DNA from: Actinomycetes bacterium
GTDB lineage: Bacteria; Planctomycetota; Phycisphaerae; JAACET01
NCBI GenBank assembly: GCA_030614915.1
Contig: JAUXAG010000001.1
Span: 61,170 to 125,169 of the forward strand
Reading direction: 5' to 3'
DNA: 64,000 nt
Made by a program: the position numbers and the translations under genes. Every line of letters starts with the position of its first letter. Position 1 is the stretch's first letter. The notes below the pieces were generated by a model. The model did not search any database. It saw nothing but the letters and a program-made list of their open reading frames with translations, and was not told where the DNA came from. Below are positions 37,621 to 47,630 of the stretch, piece by piece.

Positions 37621-38910
37621 ATGACCCAGTTGTCAGCCGCCAAGGCTGGAGAAATAACGGCCCAGATGAAGCGTGTAGCCGAGCGCGAGGGGCAAAGTCC
37701 GGAACTCATCCAGGAAGAAATTGCGGCCGGTCGATTAGTGATTCCAGCCAATCCCAAGCACTTGGCAGGTAAACTCGACCCCGCCGGTATTGGCCGAGCT
37801 CTACGGACAAAAATCAATGCCAACATCGGCGTCTCGCAGATCTCTTCCGATGCCCCAAACGAGTTGGCCAAGCTGTGCATAGCGCTCAAGTTCGGCGCCG
37901 ATGCAGTGATGGATTTGTCCGTGGGCTCCGATCTGGACGCAATCCGCGGCCGACTGCTGGACAATTCGACCGTGCCACTGGGGACGGTGCCTATCTACCA
38001 GGCGGCCCAGGAAAAGGCCGATGAGTTTGAAGGGATCGACTTCGGCGAGATTCTTCAAATCTGCAAAAGGCAAGCCGAGCAGGGCGTGGACTTTTTCACC
38101 ATCCATGCGGGAATCCTTCGGGAGCACTTGCCCCTTGCCCAAAAGCGATTGGCCGGCATTGTCTCGCGGGGCGGGGCGTTACTGGCCAAGTGGATGCTGT
38201 CAAATAACAGGGAAAACCCTTTCTACGAGCATTTTGACGAGCTGTGCGGGTTGTTGGCCGAGTATGACGTAACCATCAGTCTGGGTGACGCCCTGCGGCC
38301 GGGCTGCTTGGCAGATGCCACGGACGAAGCCCAGTTGGCTGAGCTGCGGACCATCGGTGAGTTGACGGCCCGGGCCCAGGAGCGAGATGTGCAGGTCATC
38401 GTGGAAGGCCCCGGGCACATTCCCTTCGACCAGATCGAGCGGAACATGAAACTACAGGCCGAGATCTGCAACGGTGCCCCGTTTTACGTGCTCGGCCCGG
38501 TGGTAACGGACATCGCCCCCGGCTACGACCATATAACCTCAGCTATTGGGGCCACGGCCGCCGCTTTTTACGGGGCGGCGTTCCTCTGCTACGTAACCCC
38601 GGTCGAGCACCTCTGCCTGCCCGACCTCGAAGACGTCAAACAGGGGGTGATAGTCTATCGCATTGCCGCCCATGCCGCCGACGTAGCCCGCGGCCTGCCC
38701 GGAGCCCGCCGGGCTGACGATGCCATCTCAAGTGCCCGGGCCAATCTAGACTGGCAAAAACAATTCGATTTGTCCATCGATCCGGAGCTAGCCCGGGACC
38801 TGCACAGGCGTGATCTGCCCAAAGGAGCCAACTACTGCGGGATGTGCGGGCAGGATTTTTGCCCCCTGCGGCTCAACAAAGAAATTCACGCCAGACCCCC
38901 TACCGGCTGA
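37621..38910 (+). CDS. thiC: phosphomethylpyrimidine synthase ThiC (short form)
   Basis: Start at ATG 37621 (MTQLSAAKAGEITAQMKRVAERE); the track ORF extends to TTG 37576. C-terminal CGMCGQDFCPLR Fe-S motif. Confidence 0.9.
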   Translation: MTQLSAAKAGEITAQMKRVAEREGQSPELIQEEIAAGRLVIPANPKHLAGKLDPAGIGRALRTKINANIGVSQISSDAPNELAKLCIALKFGADAVMDLSVGSDLDAIRGRLLDNSTVPLGTVPIYQAAQEKADEFEGIDFGEILQICKRQAEQGVDFFTIHAGILREHLPLAQKRLAGIVSRGGALLAKWMLSNNRENPFYEHFDELCGLLAEYDVTISLGDALRPGCLADATDEAQLAELRTIGELTARAQERDVQVIVEGPGHIPFDQIERNMKLQAEICNGAPFYVLGPVVTDIAPGYDHITSAIGATAAAFYGAAFLCYVTPVEHLCLPDLEDVKQGVIVYRIAAHAADVARGLPGARRADDAISSARANLDWQKQFDLSIDPELARDLHRRDLPKGANYCGMCGQDFCPLRLNKEIHARPPTG

Positions 38911-38936
38911 GCTGCGGGGATAATGCCCTGCCGGTT

Positions 38937-39239
38937 TTATTCCTCGTAGTCGTCTTGCTGGTCTTGCTCGGTCTGCTCTTCTTGTGGACCACTGGGCTGG
39001 TCGAGAAAATCCTCAAGCTGTTTGTTTCTCTGGTCGATCGGAGCAAGCCGCTCCTTTACGTGCTCGATGATCGGCTTTCGAGTGCCCTCTTGGTCGGGGG
39101 AACTCGGTGGGCTGTACATCTGCAGGACTGAGGGCAGGTAGTACATCATCAGCAGGGCGATAATGGCCACCACGATCAGCAGCACAATCAAGGTCCAGCC
39201 ACCGGGCTGTTTGGTCAGTATTGCGGGATTTTCCGGCAT
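38937..39239 (-). CDS. hypothetical small membrane protein with acidic tail
   Basis: 100 aa. Pilin-like hydrophobic N-terminus (GGWTLIVLLIVVAIIALLMMYY) that lacks the Glu+5 of true prepilins. The C-terminus is E/D/Q-rich. Confidence 0.45.
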   Translation of the reverse strand: MPENPAILTKQPGGWTLIVLLIVVAIIALLMMYYLPSVLQMYSPPSSPDQEGTRKPIIEHVKERLAPIDQRNKQLEDFLDQPSGPQEEQTEQDQQDDYEE

Positions 39240-39484
39240 AGTATCACCTCCACAATAACCGAATCTCTAGGCCCCGCTACCGAGGCCATCTATATTTTAT
39301 CAGGCAAGGCCCAGAGGGTCCAAGGAAAAAGAAGCTCGCAGTATGGCTAGGCGGATTTGCATTTGCTCCGCCGGCGAGTCGGCTATATACTTATCCCCTG
39401 CAATAAAGGCCAAATACAACTACTTGGCAGGCTAATGTCTTTTTTGAGCCGACCAGCTGTGCATTAGATGGAAGGAGACTTACC

Positions 39485-40699
39485 GTGGTTCTGAGAAGTA
39501 GCAATCACCGCACCAGGCATCTGTTCACCTCCGAATCGGTGACCATGGGTCACCCGGACAAGATTGCCGACCAGATTTCCGATGCGGTTCTGGATGCCAT
39601 GATCGCCCAGGACAAATATAGCCGAGTGGCCTGTGAGACCATGGTCAAAAACTCCATGGTGCTGGTGGCGGGGGAAATTACCTCCAAGGCCAAGGTTTTC
39701 ATTCCCGACATAGTTCGCCAAACGATAAAGGAAATCGGCTACACGGATCCGGCGATGGGCTTCGATTACCAGAGCTGCGCGGTGATGACCAATATCGACA
39801 AGCAGTCTCCGGACATTTCTCAGGGTGTAACCGCCGGTGAGGGGCTGCACAAAGAGCAAGGCGCCGGGGACCAGGGAATCATGTTCGGTTTTGCCTGCCG
39901 GGAGACGCCGACCTTGATGCCTCTGCCCATATACCTTGCTCATCGGCTGGTGGAAAGGCTGGCCACGATGCGTCAGAATCGCAAGCTGCCCTGGCTGCGC
40001 CCGGACGGCAAGAGCCAGGTTACCGTGGAATACCAAAATGAAAAGCCTCTCCGCGTGCATACGGTGGTCGTCAGCACCCAGCACGCTGCGGACATCACCC
40101 ACGCCAAGATGCGCCGGGAGATAGTCGAGAAGATTATCAAGCGGGTAATCCCAGCCCGGCTGCTGGACAAGGACACCATCTACCACGTGAACCCCACGGG
40201 GAAGTTTGTCATCGGAGGTCCACACGGTGATTGCGGTTTGACCGGGCGAAAAATCATCGTGGATACTTACGGCGGGCGGGGCTGCCACGGCGGCGGAGCC
40301 TTTAGCGGCAAAGACCCCTCGAAGGTGGACCGCTCGGCCAGTTACATGGCCCGCTACATTGCCAAGAATATCGTCGCCGCGGGCCTGGCTGACTGCTGCG
40401 AGGTCCAGATGTCCTATGCCATCGGCGTGGCCGATCCCATCAGCGTCTTGGTGGACACCGAAGGGACGGCTAAAATCTCCGAGGACCGCATTGCCAAGTT
40501 GGTGCACAAACACTTTCCGCTCAAGCCCCGCGGCATGATCGAGCACTTGAAACTCCTGCGGCCAATTTATCTGGAAACCGCCCGCCACGGCCACTTCGGC
40601 CGCGAACTGCCTACCTTCACATGGGAAAAAGCCGACAAAGCCGCCCTGCTGCGCAGAGAAGCTGGCCTGGGTCGTAAGAAAGGCGGAAGGAGAAAGTAG
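39485..40699 (+). CDS. metK: S-adenosylmethionine synthetase
   Basis: 404 aa. GTG start preceded by GGAAGGAGA. Motifs [26 protein letters not shown] and [16 protein letters not shown]. Confidence 0.95.
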   Translation: MVLRSSNHRTRHLFTSESVTMGHPDKIADQISDAVLDAMIAQDKYSRVACETMVKNSMVLVAGEITSKAKVFIPDIVRQTIKEIGYTDPAMGFDYQSCAVMTNIDKQSPDISQGVTAGEGLHKEQGAGDQGIMFGFACRETPTLMPLPIYLAHRLVERLATMRQNRKLPWLRPDGKSQVTVEYQNEKPLRVHTVVVSTQHAADITHAKMRREIVEKIIKRVIPARLLDKDTIYHVNPTGKFVIGGPHGDCGLTGRKIIVDTYGGRGCHGGGAFSGKDPSKVDRSASYMARYIAKNIVAAGLADCCEVQMSYAIGVADPISVLVDTEGTAKISEDRIAKLVHKHFPLKPRGMIEHLKLLRPIYLETARHGHFGRELPTFTWEKADKAALLRREAGLGRKKGGRRK

Positions 40700-40774
40700 G
40701 AAGGCGGAAAGTGATTTCGAATTTCGCATTGCGAATTGCGAATTGGAAGAAAAAAACAAAGTCGGGAATGCGAG

Positions 40775-41611
40775 ATGCAATTCACCAAGATGCATGGGAT
40801 CGGCAACGATTACGTATATGTCAATTGCTTTGAGCAGAGCGTCGAACAGCCGGAGAAGTTGGCCGTAGCCATCTCCGACCGTCACTTCGGAGTCGGCTCG
40901 GACGGCTTGATCTTGATTTGCCCGTCCCAGCAGGCCAATGTGCGGATGCGGATGTTCAACCCCGACGGTTCCGAGGCCCAAATGTGTGGCAACGCGATCC
41001 GCTGCGTGGCCAAGTACGCCTACGAGCACGGGCTGTCGGCTGAGAACCCCATGAAAATCGAGACCGGTAACGGCATATTGACCATCGAGCTGACTATCGA
41101 AAACGACAAAGTCGCGGCTGCCCGGGTTAATATGGGCCAGCCCATCCTGGAAGCCTCCAAGATTCCCATGGCCATCGACGATACCCAAGCCATCAATTAC
41201 CAAATTGAGATCGTCGGCCTGGTCATGAGCATAACTTGCGTGAGTATGGGCAATCCCCATGCGATTTTCTTTGTCGATGATGTTGCCAACATAGCCATCG
41301 AAAAGCTGGGGCCCAAGATCGAGAATCACCTGCTCTTTCCCCAGCGAACCAACGTTCATTGGGTGCAGGTTCTTGGCCGCGATGAGCTTACTATGCGCAC
41401 CTGGGAGCGCGGGGCCGGCGTTACTCTGGCCTGCGGCACGGGTGCTTCGGCGGTGTGCGTAGCCGGGGTGCTGACCGAGCGCACGGACCGGCAAATCCTG
41501 GCTCATCTGCCCGGAGGGGATCTGCAGCTCGAATGGTCCGCCTCGGACAATTGCGTGTACATGACCGGCCCAGCCACTGAAGTCTTCACCGGTACTTGGC
41601 CGGACGCATAG
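40775..41611 (+). CDS. dapF: diaminopimelate epimerase
   Basis: Start at ATG 40775 (MQFTKMHGIGNDYVYV). Catalytic Cys motifs (MCGNAIRC, LACGTGA). Confidence 0.9.
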   Translation: MQFTKMHGIGNDYVYVNCFEQSVEQPEKLAVAISDRHFGVGSDGLILICPSQQANVRMRMFNPDGSEAQMCGNAIRCVAKYAYEHGLSAENPMKIETGNGILTIELTIENDKVAAARVNMGQPILEASKIPMAIDDTQAINYQIEIVGLVMSITCVSMGNPHAIFFVDDVANIAIEKLGPKIENHLLFPQRTNVHWVQVLGRDELTMRTWERGAGVTLACGTGASAVCVAGVLTERTDRQILAHLPGGDLQLEWSASDNCVYMTGPATEVFTGTWPDA

Positions 41612-41733
41612 ATTCACAGCCGATTTATCGCTCTACCTATTCTTCAATAGCAGAAAATTAGACTAAAATGGCCTTCTCGCTCGTCATATATATGACTGAG
41701 CCTTTGACCGTTGCACCTTGAGGATTACTGCCT

Positions 41734-42276
41734 GTGCTGGAAGATCGGCATCTGATACGACGGCTGCGCCGCGGCGACCAGGCCGCTCTGCGCCTTATCT
41801 ACGAAAAGTACAAGGACCATATGCTCACTATTGCCAACAACTTGCTTCTCGATTTTGCCGGGGCCGAGGATTGCCTTCACGACGTCTTTGTCGACTTCGC
41901 TGGGCGGGCCGGTGAATTTCGCTTGCGTGGCAACCTCAAAGGCTATTTAGCCACCTGCGTAGCCAACCGAGCCCGCGATCTGTTACGGGCGAAATCGCGT
42001 CAGAATGTTTCTCTCTCAGCCATGCCCAACCAAGCCACCGACCTAGCCAATCCACCCGCCGAACTCATAAATAACGAACAAGCGGCCAGATTGCGGGCCG
42101 CCTTATCCGAACTGCCCTTCGAACAGCGCGAGGTCATCGTGCTGCACCTGAATGCCAAGTTGAAATTTCAGCAAATCGCCAAGCAGCTTGGCCTGTCCGT
42201 AAATACCGTCCAGAGCCGTTACCGTTACGGCCTGGACAAATTGCGATCGCTTCTAAAAACAGGAGCCGAAGCATGA
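41734..42276 (+). CDS. ECF-type RNA polymerase sigma factor
   Basis: 180 aa. Region 2 (LRLIYEKYKDHMLTIA...DCLHDVF) and region 4 (KFQQIAKQLGLSVNTVQSRYRYGLDKL). 4-nt overlap with the downstream gene. Confidence 0.85.
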   Translation: MLEDRHLIRRLRRGDQAALRLIYEKYKDHMLTIANNLLLDFAGAEDCLHDVFVDFAGRAGEFRLRGNLKGYLATCVANRARDLLRAKSRQNVSLSAMPNQATDLANPPAELINNEQAARLRAALSELPFEQREVIVLHLNAKLKFQQIAKQLGLSVNTVQSRYRYGLDKLRSLLKTGAEA

Positions 42277-43124
42277 AACATACAAATGACCTGGAACATT
42301 CCATAGAAAATTTGCGGGCAACGACCAGCTCCGATACCGACCAGCGAATCCTCACCGACGCCTCAGCGGCTCTAGCTCAGTCAACTCAAATAGCTCACCC
42401 TACCAAACACCCTAACCTTTGGATAAGGAGGACCGTTATTATGAAGAAGCATTGGACCAAATTCGCCGCCGTGGCCGCCGTACTAGCCGTTGCTGTTCTT
42501 GGTTCTTGGTTGTTTCAGACCAGCCCCGACATGGCCCGTTCCGCCTATGCGGAACTAGCTCAGGCTTTCGATAACATTAGCGCCGCTGAGTGGGTGCATG
42601 TCGATGTTGAGGGTTTTGAGATACGTGAGTGCTGGATTTCATTTCGACCTTACAGGCAATGCTACGCAACCGCCAAACAGGTAATTTATGAAGACGGTTC
42701 AAGTGGACGGCAGTATTCTTATGACCAGAGTAGTCAAACTATTACGGTGGAGCTTCTGGACAGCGATGCCGACATTAGGGAAAGGAGCAGTTTTCTCAGC
42801 GTTATATCGACAATGATAGACACATGGAGAAAGGCCGGAGCAGAAGTTCTCGAGAATCGTAAAACCGTCGAAGGGAAAGACTATAACATCTATACTGCGA
42901 AATACACAAAGCAACCAAAAGAAGGCCTTCTAGAGGTAACAATAGACTCAGAAACCAAGCAAATCGTGCTTGTTAGGTTTGTAGGTGGTAGCCTGTCCGA
43001 GCCAGTAACATGGCGTTTGGATTACCCAGAGACTGGCCCCGCTGATATCTACGCACTTGGTGTACCGCGAGATGCTAAGATTGTGGATCGCACAGATTCT
43101 CACGAAGCTGAAGAATCTGAGTAA
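42273..43124 (+). CDS. putative anti-sigma factor / single-pass membrane protein
   Basis: 283 aa. TM FAAVAAVLAVAVLGSWLF. The juxtamembrane segment RRTVIMKKHWTKFAAVAAV parallels RRNIMNARLIKYAAAVVV of ORF 6694-7941. Confidence 0.55.
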   Translation: MKHTNDLEHSIENLRATTSSDTDQRILTDASAALAQSTQIAHPTKHPNLWIRRTVIMKKHWTKFAAVAAVLAVAVLGSWLFQTSPDMARSAYAELAQAFDNISAAEWVHVDVEGFEIRECWISFRPYRQCYATAKQVIYEDGSSGRQYSYDQSSQTITVELLDSDADIRERSSFLSVISTMIDTWRKAGAEVLENRKTVEGKDYNIYTAKYTKQPKEGLLEVTIDSETKQIVLVRFVGGSLSEPVTWRLDYPETGPADIYALGVPRDAKIVDRTDSHEAEESE

Positions 43125-43192
43125 GAGCAAACCTTAACAAAGCTATCGATACAACCATATTTCCGGCGGAAAGAATCTCAAGAGTCGGCTCA

Positions 43193-44029
43193 TCACAGTC
43201 GGCTCTTGAGTCTCTCGAGTATTTCGAGGGGGATGTTGAGGCCGCCACGTCCGGTGCCGAGTTTGATGTACTCTTTGGCTGCGCCGTGGAAGTCGCTGCC
43301 GCCGACAGCGGCCAAGTCGAGTCGCTGACAGATCCGCCATAACTGCTCGGTCAGCTCGGCGGTGTGTTCGGGATACCAGACCTCCACGCCGTCGAGCCCC
43401 AAATCAGCTAAGTCTTTGAGTTTTTTGCCCAGCTCCTGCTCGTCGGCCGCACGCAGATGTACCGGATGAGCGACCACTGCCAATCCGCCGGCCCCGTGAA
43501 GCAACTCAATGGCCTGGGCGGGGGCGGGCTCGATCCGCTGCACGTAAGCCGAGCCATTGTCCCCGAGAAATCGGCCGAAGGCCTCGTCTATACTGCGGAC
43601 GTATTCCTTTTGGAGCATTACTAACGCGATGTGCAGACGGCTGATGATGGGGCCGCTGGCCAGAGTCCGGACCTCGGCCATGGTTATTTCGTAACCGAGC
43701 TGGTTGAGCTTGGCGATTATCTGGGGGTTGCGCTTCCGGCGCGATTCGACCATTCGACCAAGCAGATCCCCCAGCGCCCGGTCGTCCAGGTCAATAAAGT
43801 AGCCCAACATGTGCAGGGTCCCTGTCTGGACCCTACAGGCCAACTCCACACCATTGACCAGCTCCAGGTTAGTCCGGCTCGCGGCCTGGTGGGCCTCGGC
43901 GAGTCCGGCGACGCTGTCGTGGTCGGTTACAGCCAGGGCCTGCAGATTTGACTGCTCGGCCAGGCGGACCAACTCCGTGGGGGAGTAACTGCCGTCCGAG
44001 GCCGTGGTATGTGTGTGTAGATCAATCAC
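43193..44029 (-). CDS. PHP domain phosphoesterase (TrpH/YciV-like)
   Basis: 278 aa. Motif MIDLHTHTTASDGSYSP...LAVTDHDS. Confidence 0.8.
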   Translation of the reverse strand: MIDLHTHTTASDGSYSPTELVRLAEQSNLQALAVTDHDSVAGLAEAHQAASRTNLELVNGVELACRVQTGTLHMLGYFIDLDDRALGDLLGRMVESRRKRNPQIIAKLNQLGYEITMAEVRTLASGPIISRLHIALVMLQKEYVRSIDEAFGRFLGDNGSAYVQRIEPAPAQAIELLHGAGGLAVVAHPVHLRAADEQELGKKLKDLADLGLDGVEVWYPEHTAELTEQLWRICQRLDLAAVGGSDFHGAAKEYIKLGTGRGGLNIPLEILERLKSRL

Positions 44030-44075
44030 TTTTCAAGAGGGAGCTGCCGGCGTCAACTGCTCGGCCAAATTGAAA

Positions 44076-45080
44076 TCAGACCTGGGCCTGTTCCCGGGCC
44101 CGCCGCTGAAGGATATCGAGCTTGCTTCTGACCTCCTCAGCCATGCGGGAGTTGGGGAATTCGGTGATGATTTCCTGGCCGATCTGAAGGGCCTGATTCC
44201 ACTTCTTTTCGCTGACCGCGACGCCAAAGGCCTCGCCGAGATTCTGCAACTTAGCCCGAAAGACTCCCCTGGCCGATTCTTTCAGGTCCGCCGCTTCAGC
44301 AGGGCTAAGGTACTCATCGAGCTCCTGAAGAAGAAATATACCGCGGTCGATCTGTTCATCTTCCACGGCCTGACTCCAATCGGCCAGCAGCCGGTCCTTG
44401 TGTTCGGTTCGTTTCTGGCTGACGGTCTGCTGGGCCATCCGTTTGGCCTCGGAACTACTGGGGAACTGCCTGGCCAAGCTATCCAGAAGAGCCTGAGCCT
44501 CGTTCCAGTTGGCCGCGGCGCAGAGGCTGTCGACCTGCTGTCGTGTTTCTTCAATTACGGTTTTGATGGACTGGGCTCGGTGGGAATCAACCAGGCGGCG
44601 GAACTGGGCGGCCTCGCGAGAATAGCCGAAGCGGGACTGCATCTGCTCGAGCAGACGATAGGCGGCCTCCCAATCCTGCTGGTCAATGTCCTCCTGGATG
44701 GCGTTTTTCATCAACTCGCGGTCGCGGGTGCGATAGACGACTTCCTTAGCCCCATCGGAGATCAGAACATTCTCGGATATCTGCTGGAGCAGTCCTTCCA
44801 GGCGGCGTTGGCTGTCCTGTGATATGTGCCAGGCACCGACCTGGGCCTGATGATGCTCAAGAATGCGATACAAGAAGGTGACGATAGCGGCCAGCGACAA
44901 GAGTACTGCCGCCCAGAGCAGGCCCAAAGCCAAAGCGACGATGGCGTAGAGCTGTTGGCCATTGCGCAAAAAGACTATGGCCAAACCTATGGCGGACCCC
45001 AGGCTGGCCGAGGCGATAGCCAGCAGGGCAAGTCTCCCGGCCAGCAACAGATACTTGGGCATCGATGATTCTTTAGCCAT
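44076..45080 (-). CDS. hypothetical membrane protein with cytoplasmic helical-repeat (TPR-like) domain
   Basis: 334 aa. Two TM helices near the N-terminus. Repeated W..A..LL..L...FP.S motifs. Confidence 0.5.
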   Translation of the reverse strand: MAKESSMPKYLLLAGRLALLAIASASLGSAIGLAIVFLRNGQQLYAIVALALGLLWAAVLLSLAAIVTFLYRILEHHQAQVGAWHISQDSQRRLEGLLQQISENVLISDGAKEVVYRTRDRELMKNAIQEDIDQQDWEAAYRLLEQMQSRFGYSREAAQFRRLVDSHRAQSIKTVIEETRQQVDSLCAAANWNEAQALLDSLARQFPSSSEAKRMAQQTVSQKRTEHKDRLLADWSQAVEDEQIDRGIFLLQELDEYLSPAEAADLKESARGVFRAKLQNLGEAFGVAVSEKKWNQALQIGQEIITEFPNSRMAEEVRSKLDILQRRAREQAQV

Positions 45081-45241
45081 TTCCAGAGCCCTCCCCGATC
45101 CCTACAAAAACAATACCATCATCAGGCACTCAGCGTCCGCCATCAACCACAGATCTATACCTCTAGAGTTTATCCCCCTGCCTCGCCCTAGTCAATTGTT
45201 TCTGCGGTTCTGCTCTGGGCGCCAAATGATGGCAAGACCGA

Positions 45242-46645
45242 TTATGACAGGGGCGAACGGCCCCTATACCATCTGGCCATGTATCCGCCGTCGTGCCAGG
45301 TGGCCGGATCGGGGCCGATGGAAGGTATATATTCTTTGTCGGCATCGAAAGCCCAGCCCGGACACTGGCGGCCAAACTCAGTTGTTAATTCATCGTTTTC
45401 CACCGGCTCGATTGAGCAGGTGCTGTAAACCAGAGCACCATTGGGCTCAACAAACTCTGCTGCCTGGCGAAGGATTGCCAGTTGCTTGCGGGCCAATTCC
45501 TGCAGATGGTGCGGCTGAATGCGCCATTTGGCATCGGGTCGGCTGGCGAAGACGCCGGTGTTGCTACAAGGGACATCGACCAGTACTACATCGAAGGTTC
45601 CGGGCCCGAAGCGATTGAGAAGCTCATGCTGGGGCAGAAATTGGATACAGCTGATGCCCAGCCGGCGGGCATTTGCCTGGGCGCTGCGGAGTTTCTCGGC
45701 CGAAATATCACTGGCCACCAGCAGTCCCTTGTTATCCATCAGCTCGGCCAAGTGGGTGGCTTTTGTGCCCAGGCCCGCACAAAAATCCAGGACCTTTTGT
45801 CCAGGCTGAACCTGGCTGAACAGCCCGGCCTGCATAGCAGTAGGGCCCTGGGGCTGGAAGTGGCCGGCTTGAAAGAGCTGATTTTGTATGGGAGCCATCT
45901 GCTGGGCCCAGACTCCGAGGCCCTTGGCCAGTGGCCCGGCAGAGACGTCCATATTGGCAAGGGCGCTTAGAAGCTGACCCCGGCTGGTGCGCAGCCCATT
46001 GGGCCGAAGAGTAACCGGGCCGCGAAGAACACTAGCCAAAGCAACGCCAACAGCTCCTGCCAGGTCGAAGCGGGCCCACCATCGCCGGGCCAACCACTCC
46101 GGGCACGAACAGACCTGGGCTATATGCTCGGCGGGATCATCATCGGGACCGGCGAATATGTCCCGGTCGAAATACCGCCACTTAGCCAGCTCCAGGGGCA
46201 GGGCCCTTTTGAGGAGTTCTTCATTAGTTTCCAGCAGATCCTCTGCCAGGGAGCGGTCGAGGCTGCGCAGAGTGGCATTGATGAGCTTATCCAGGCCGGT
46301 CCTGCTGAGCTTCTTGGCCTGCCGGACGGCTGAGTCCACGGCCGCATAGCTGGGGACGCGCTCCAGGAAGATGATCTGGTAGGCACCAAGGCGGAGGACG
46401 TTCAGCCCAGTCGGGGTCAGCCGATCCAACGGCCGAGAGCAAAACGCCTGTAAGATACAGTCGAGGCTCTCCCGCCGGCGGATAACCCCCAGAAACAACT
46501 CGGCCACCAGGGCGCGATCGCGGCTATCGAGTCGGCTCGTATCCAGGGCATGGCTGAGCAGGGCATCAGCGAATTGGCCGGAGGGCGACCACTTATTCAG
46601 CAGTTTGACCGCCAGATTGCGGGCGGGATTTAGCTTAGCGGTCAT
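45242..46645 (-). CDS. rsmB: 16S rRNA (cytosine967-C5)-methyltransferase
   Basis: 467 aa. NusB-like N-terminus, SAM-binding VLDFCAGLGTKATHL, and catalytic DVPCSNTG and YSTCS motifs. Confidence 0.85.
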   Translation of the reverse strand: MTAKLNPARNLAVKLLNKWSPSGQFADALLSHALDTSRLDSRDRALVAELFLGVIRRRESLDCILQAFCSRPLDRLTPTGLNVLRLGAYQIIFLERVPSYAAVDSAVRQAKKLSRTGLDKLINATLRSLDRSLAEDLLETNEELLKRALPLELAKWRYFDRDIFAGPDDDPAEHIAQVCSCPEWLARRWWARFDLAGAVGVALASVLRGPVTLRPNGLRTSRGQLLSALANMDVSAGPLAKGLGVWAQQMAPIQNQLFQAGHFQPQGPTAMQAGLFSQVQPGQKVLDFCAGLGTKATHLAELMDNKGLLVASDISAEKLRSAQANARRLGISCIQFLPQHELLNRFGPGTFDVVLVDVPCSNTGVFASRPDAKWRIQPHHLQELARKQLAILRQAAEFVEPNGALVYSTCSIEPVENDELTTEFGRQCPGWAFDADKEYIPSIGPDPATWHDGGYMARWYRGRSPLS

Positions 46646-47591
46646 AGTCTGTGAGCCTGTCGCCCGGCTGGAGCCTTCGACCGTTGACGAAGTCCTGCCA
46701 GCTCATTTCCTTTGAGCCAGCGGGCTTGATCCGCTCGATTCTCAAAACACCTTGGCCGCACTGTATGCAAAGGTTTCCCAGCACGGTTCCGGGCTGTCGG
46801 CCCGGTGATAAATCCGTTCGCTCAGCGAGGGCTTGGTTTATCACTACTCGCTCGGGCTTGGGCCTGGCCTGGCCGTGAAAAAAGGCAAAGGCGCCGGGCC
46901 AAGGTGTAAAGGCCCGGATGTAATTGACTAACTCGCTGGCCGAGCGGGAAAAATCGAGCAGAGCTTCATCTTTTTTAATCTTGGGAGCCCTGCTGGCCTG
47001 GCTATGGTTTTGCGGAGAGGTCTTGGCTGAGCCTTTTTCGATTTCGTCGAGGACCTTGAGTAAGAGGGGCCCTGCCTGTCGGCCGAGATATTCTTCCAGA
47101 TTGCCGGTGGTCTGATGGGGCTCGATCTCGTAACGCTCTTGGGCAAAGATATCGCCGGCGTCCAAATCTTCGACCATTTTTATGATACTGATGCCGGTTT
47201 GGCTCTCGCCGTTGAGAATAGCCCTGGCCACCGGCGCTGCCCCGCGATACTTGGGCAGCAGCGAGGGATGGACGTTAATGGCTCCTCGCGGGGCGATCCG
47301 CAGCAGGTCGTTACCGAGCTTCTGGTTGAAGGCGAAGGTTACGAGTAAATCGGGTTTGAGCCTGGCGATATTCTCCAGGACCGAAGCAGCATTGACATCC
47401 TCGACAGCATAAACCTTCAGGGCCAACCGCTGGGCCAACTGCTTGATGGGCGTGGGCTGGAGTCTGCGTCCGCGACCGGCCGGGCGGTCCGGCTGGGTAA
47501 GCACGGCTAAGACCTGATGTGGCCCGCCGACCAGCTCCGTCAGGCACTGTTGGCCTATAGAACCCGAACCAAGGTAGATAATCCTCATCAT
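46635..47591 (-). CDS. fmt: methionyl-tRNA formyltransferase
   Basis: 318 aa. Motifs MRIIYLGSG, INVHPSLLPKYRGAAP and a C-terminal Fmt domain. Confidence 0.9.
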   Translation of the reverse strand: MMRIIYLGSGSIGQQCLTELVGGPHQVLAVLTQPDRPAGRGRRLQPTPIKQLAQRLALKVYAVEDVNAASVLENIARLKPDLLVTFAFNQKLGNDLLRIAPRGAINVHPSLLPKYRGAAPVARAILNGESQTGISIIKMVEDLDAGDIFAQERYEIEPHQTTGNLEEYLGRQAGPLLLKVLDEIEKGSAKTSPQNHSQASRAPKIKKDEALLDFSRSASELVNYIRAFTPWPGAFAFFHGQARPKPERVVINQALAERTDLSPGRQPGTVLGNLCIQCGQGVLRIERIKPAGSKEMSWQDFVNGRRLQPGDRLTDYDR

Positions 47592-47630
47592 TACCGCATT
47601 GTCTGGGCTGGGGCGGGCCTGTCAAGGCTA

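Noticed and set aside
36978-37964. 328-aa minus-strand ORF spanning the sigma factor 3' end and the thiC 5' end
   Set aside because: It crosses an intergenic region and two well-supported plus-strand genes, and it has no motifs.
39464-41617. 717-aa ORF on the minus strand, the longest ORF in the window
   Set aside because: It lies exactly antisense to metK and dapF, both of which have unmistakable family motifs on the plus strand. Its translation is low-complexity (G/H/L/V/R-rich) with no recognisable domain. It is a shadow ORF of GC-rich coding DNA.
44004-44822. 272-aa plus-strand ORF
   Set aside because: Antisense to the 334-aa membrane/helical-repeat gene. Neither frame has strong homology. 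The minus frame has clear TM helices, regular repeat structure and an ATG with upstream context, whereas the plus frame is Leu/Gly-rich low-complexity sequence.
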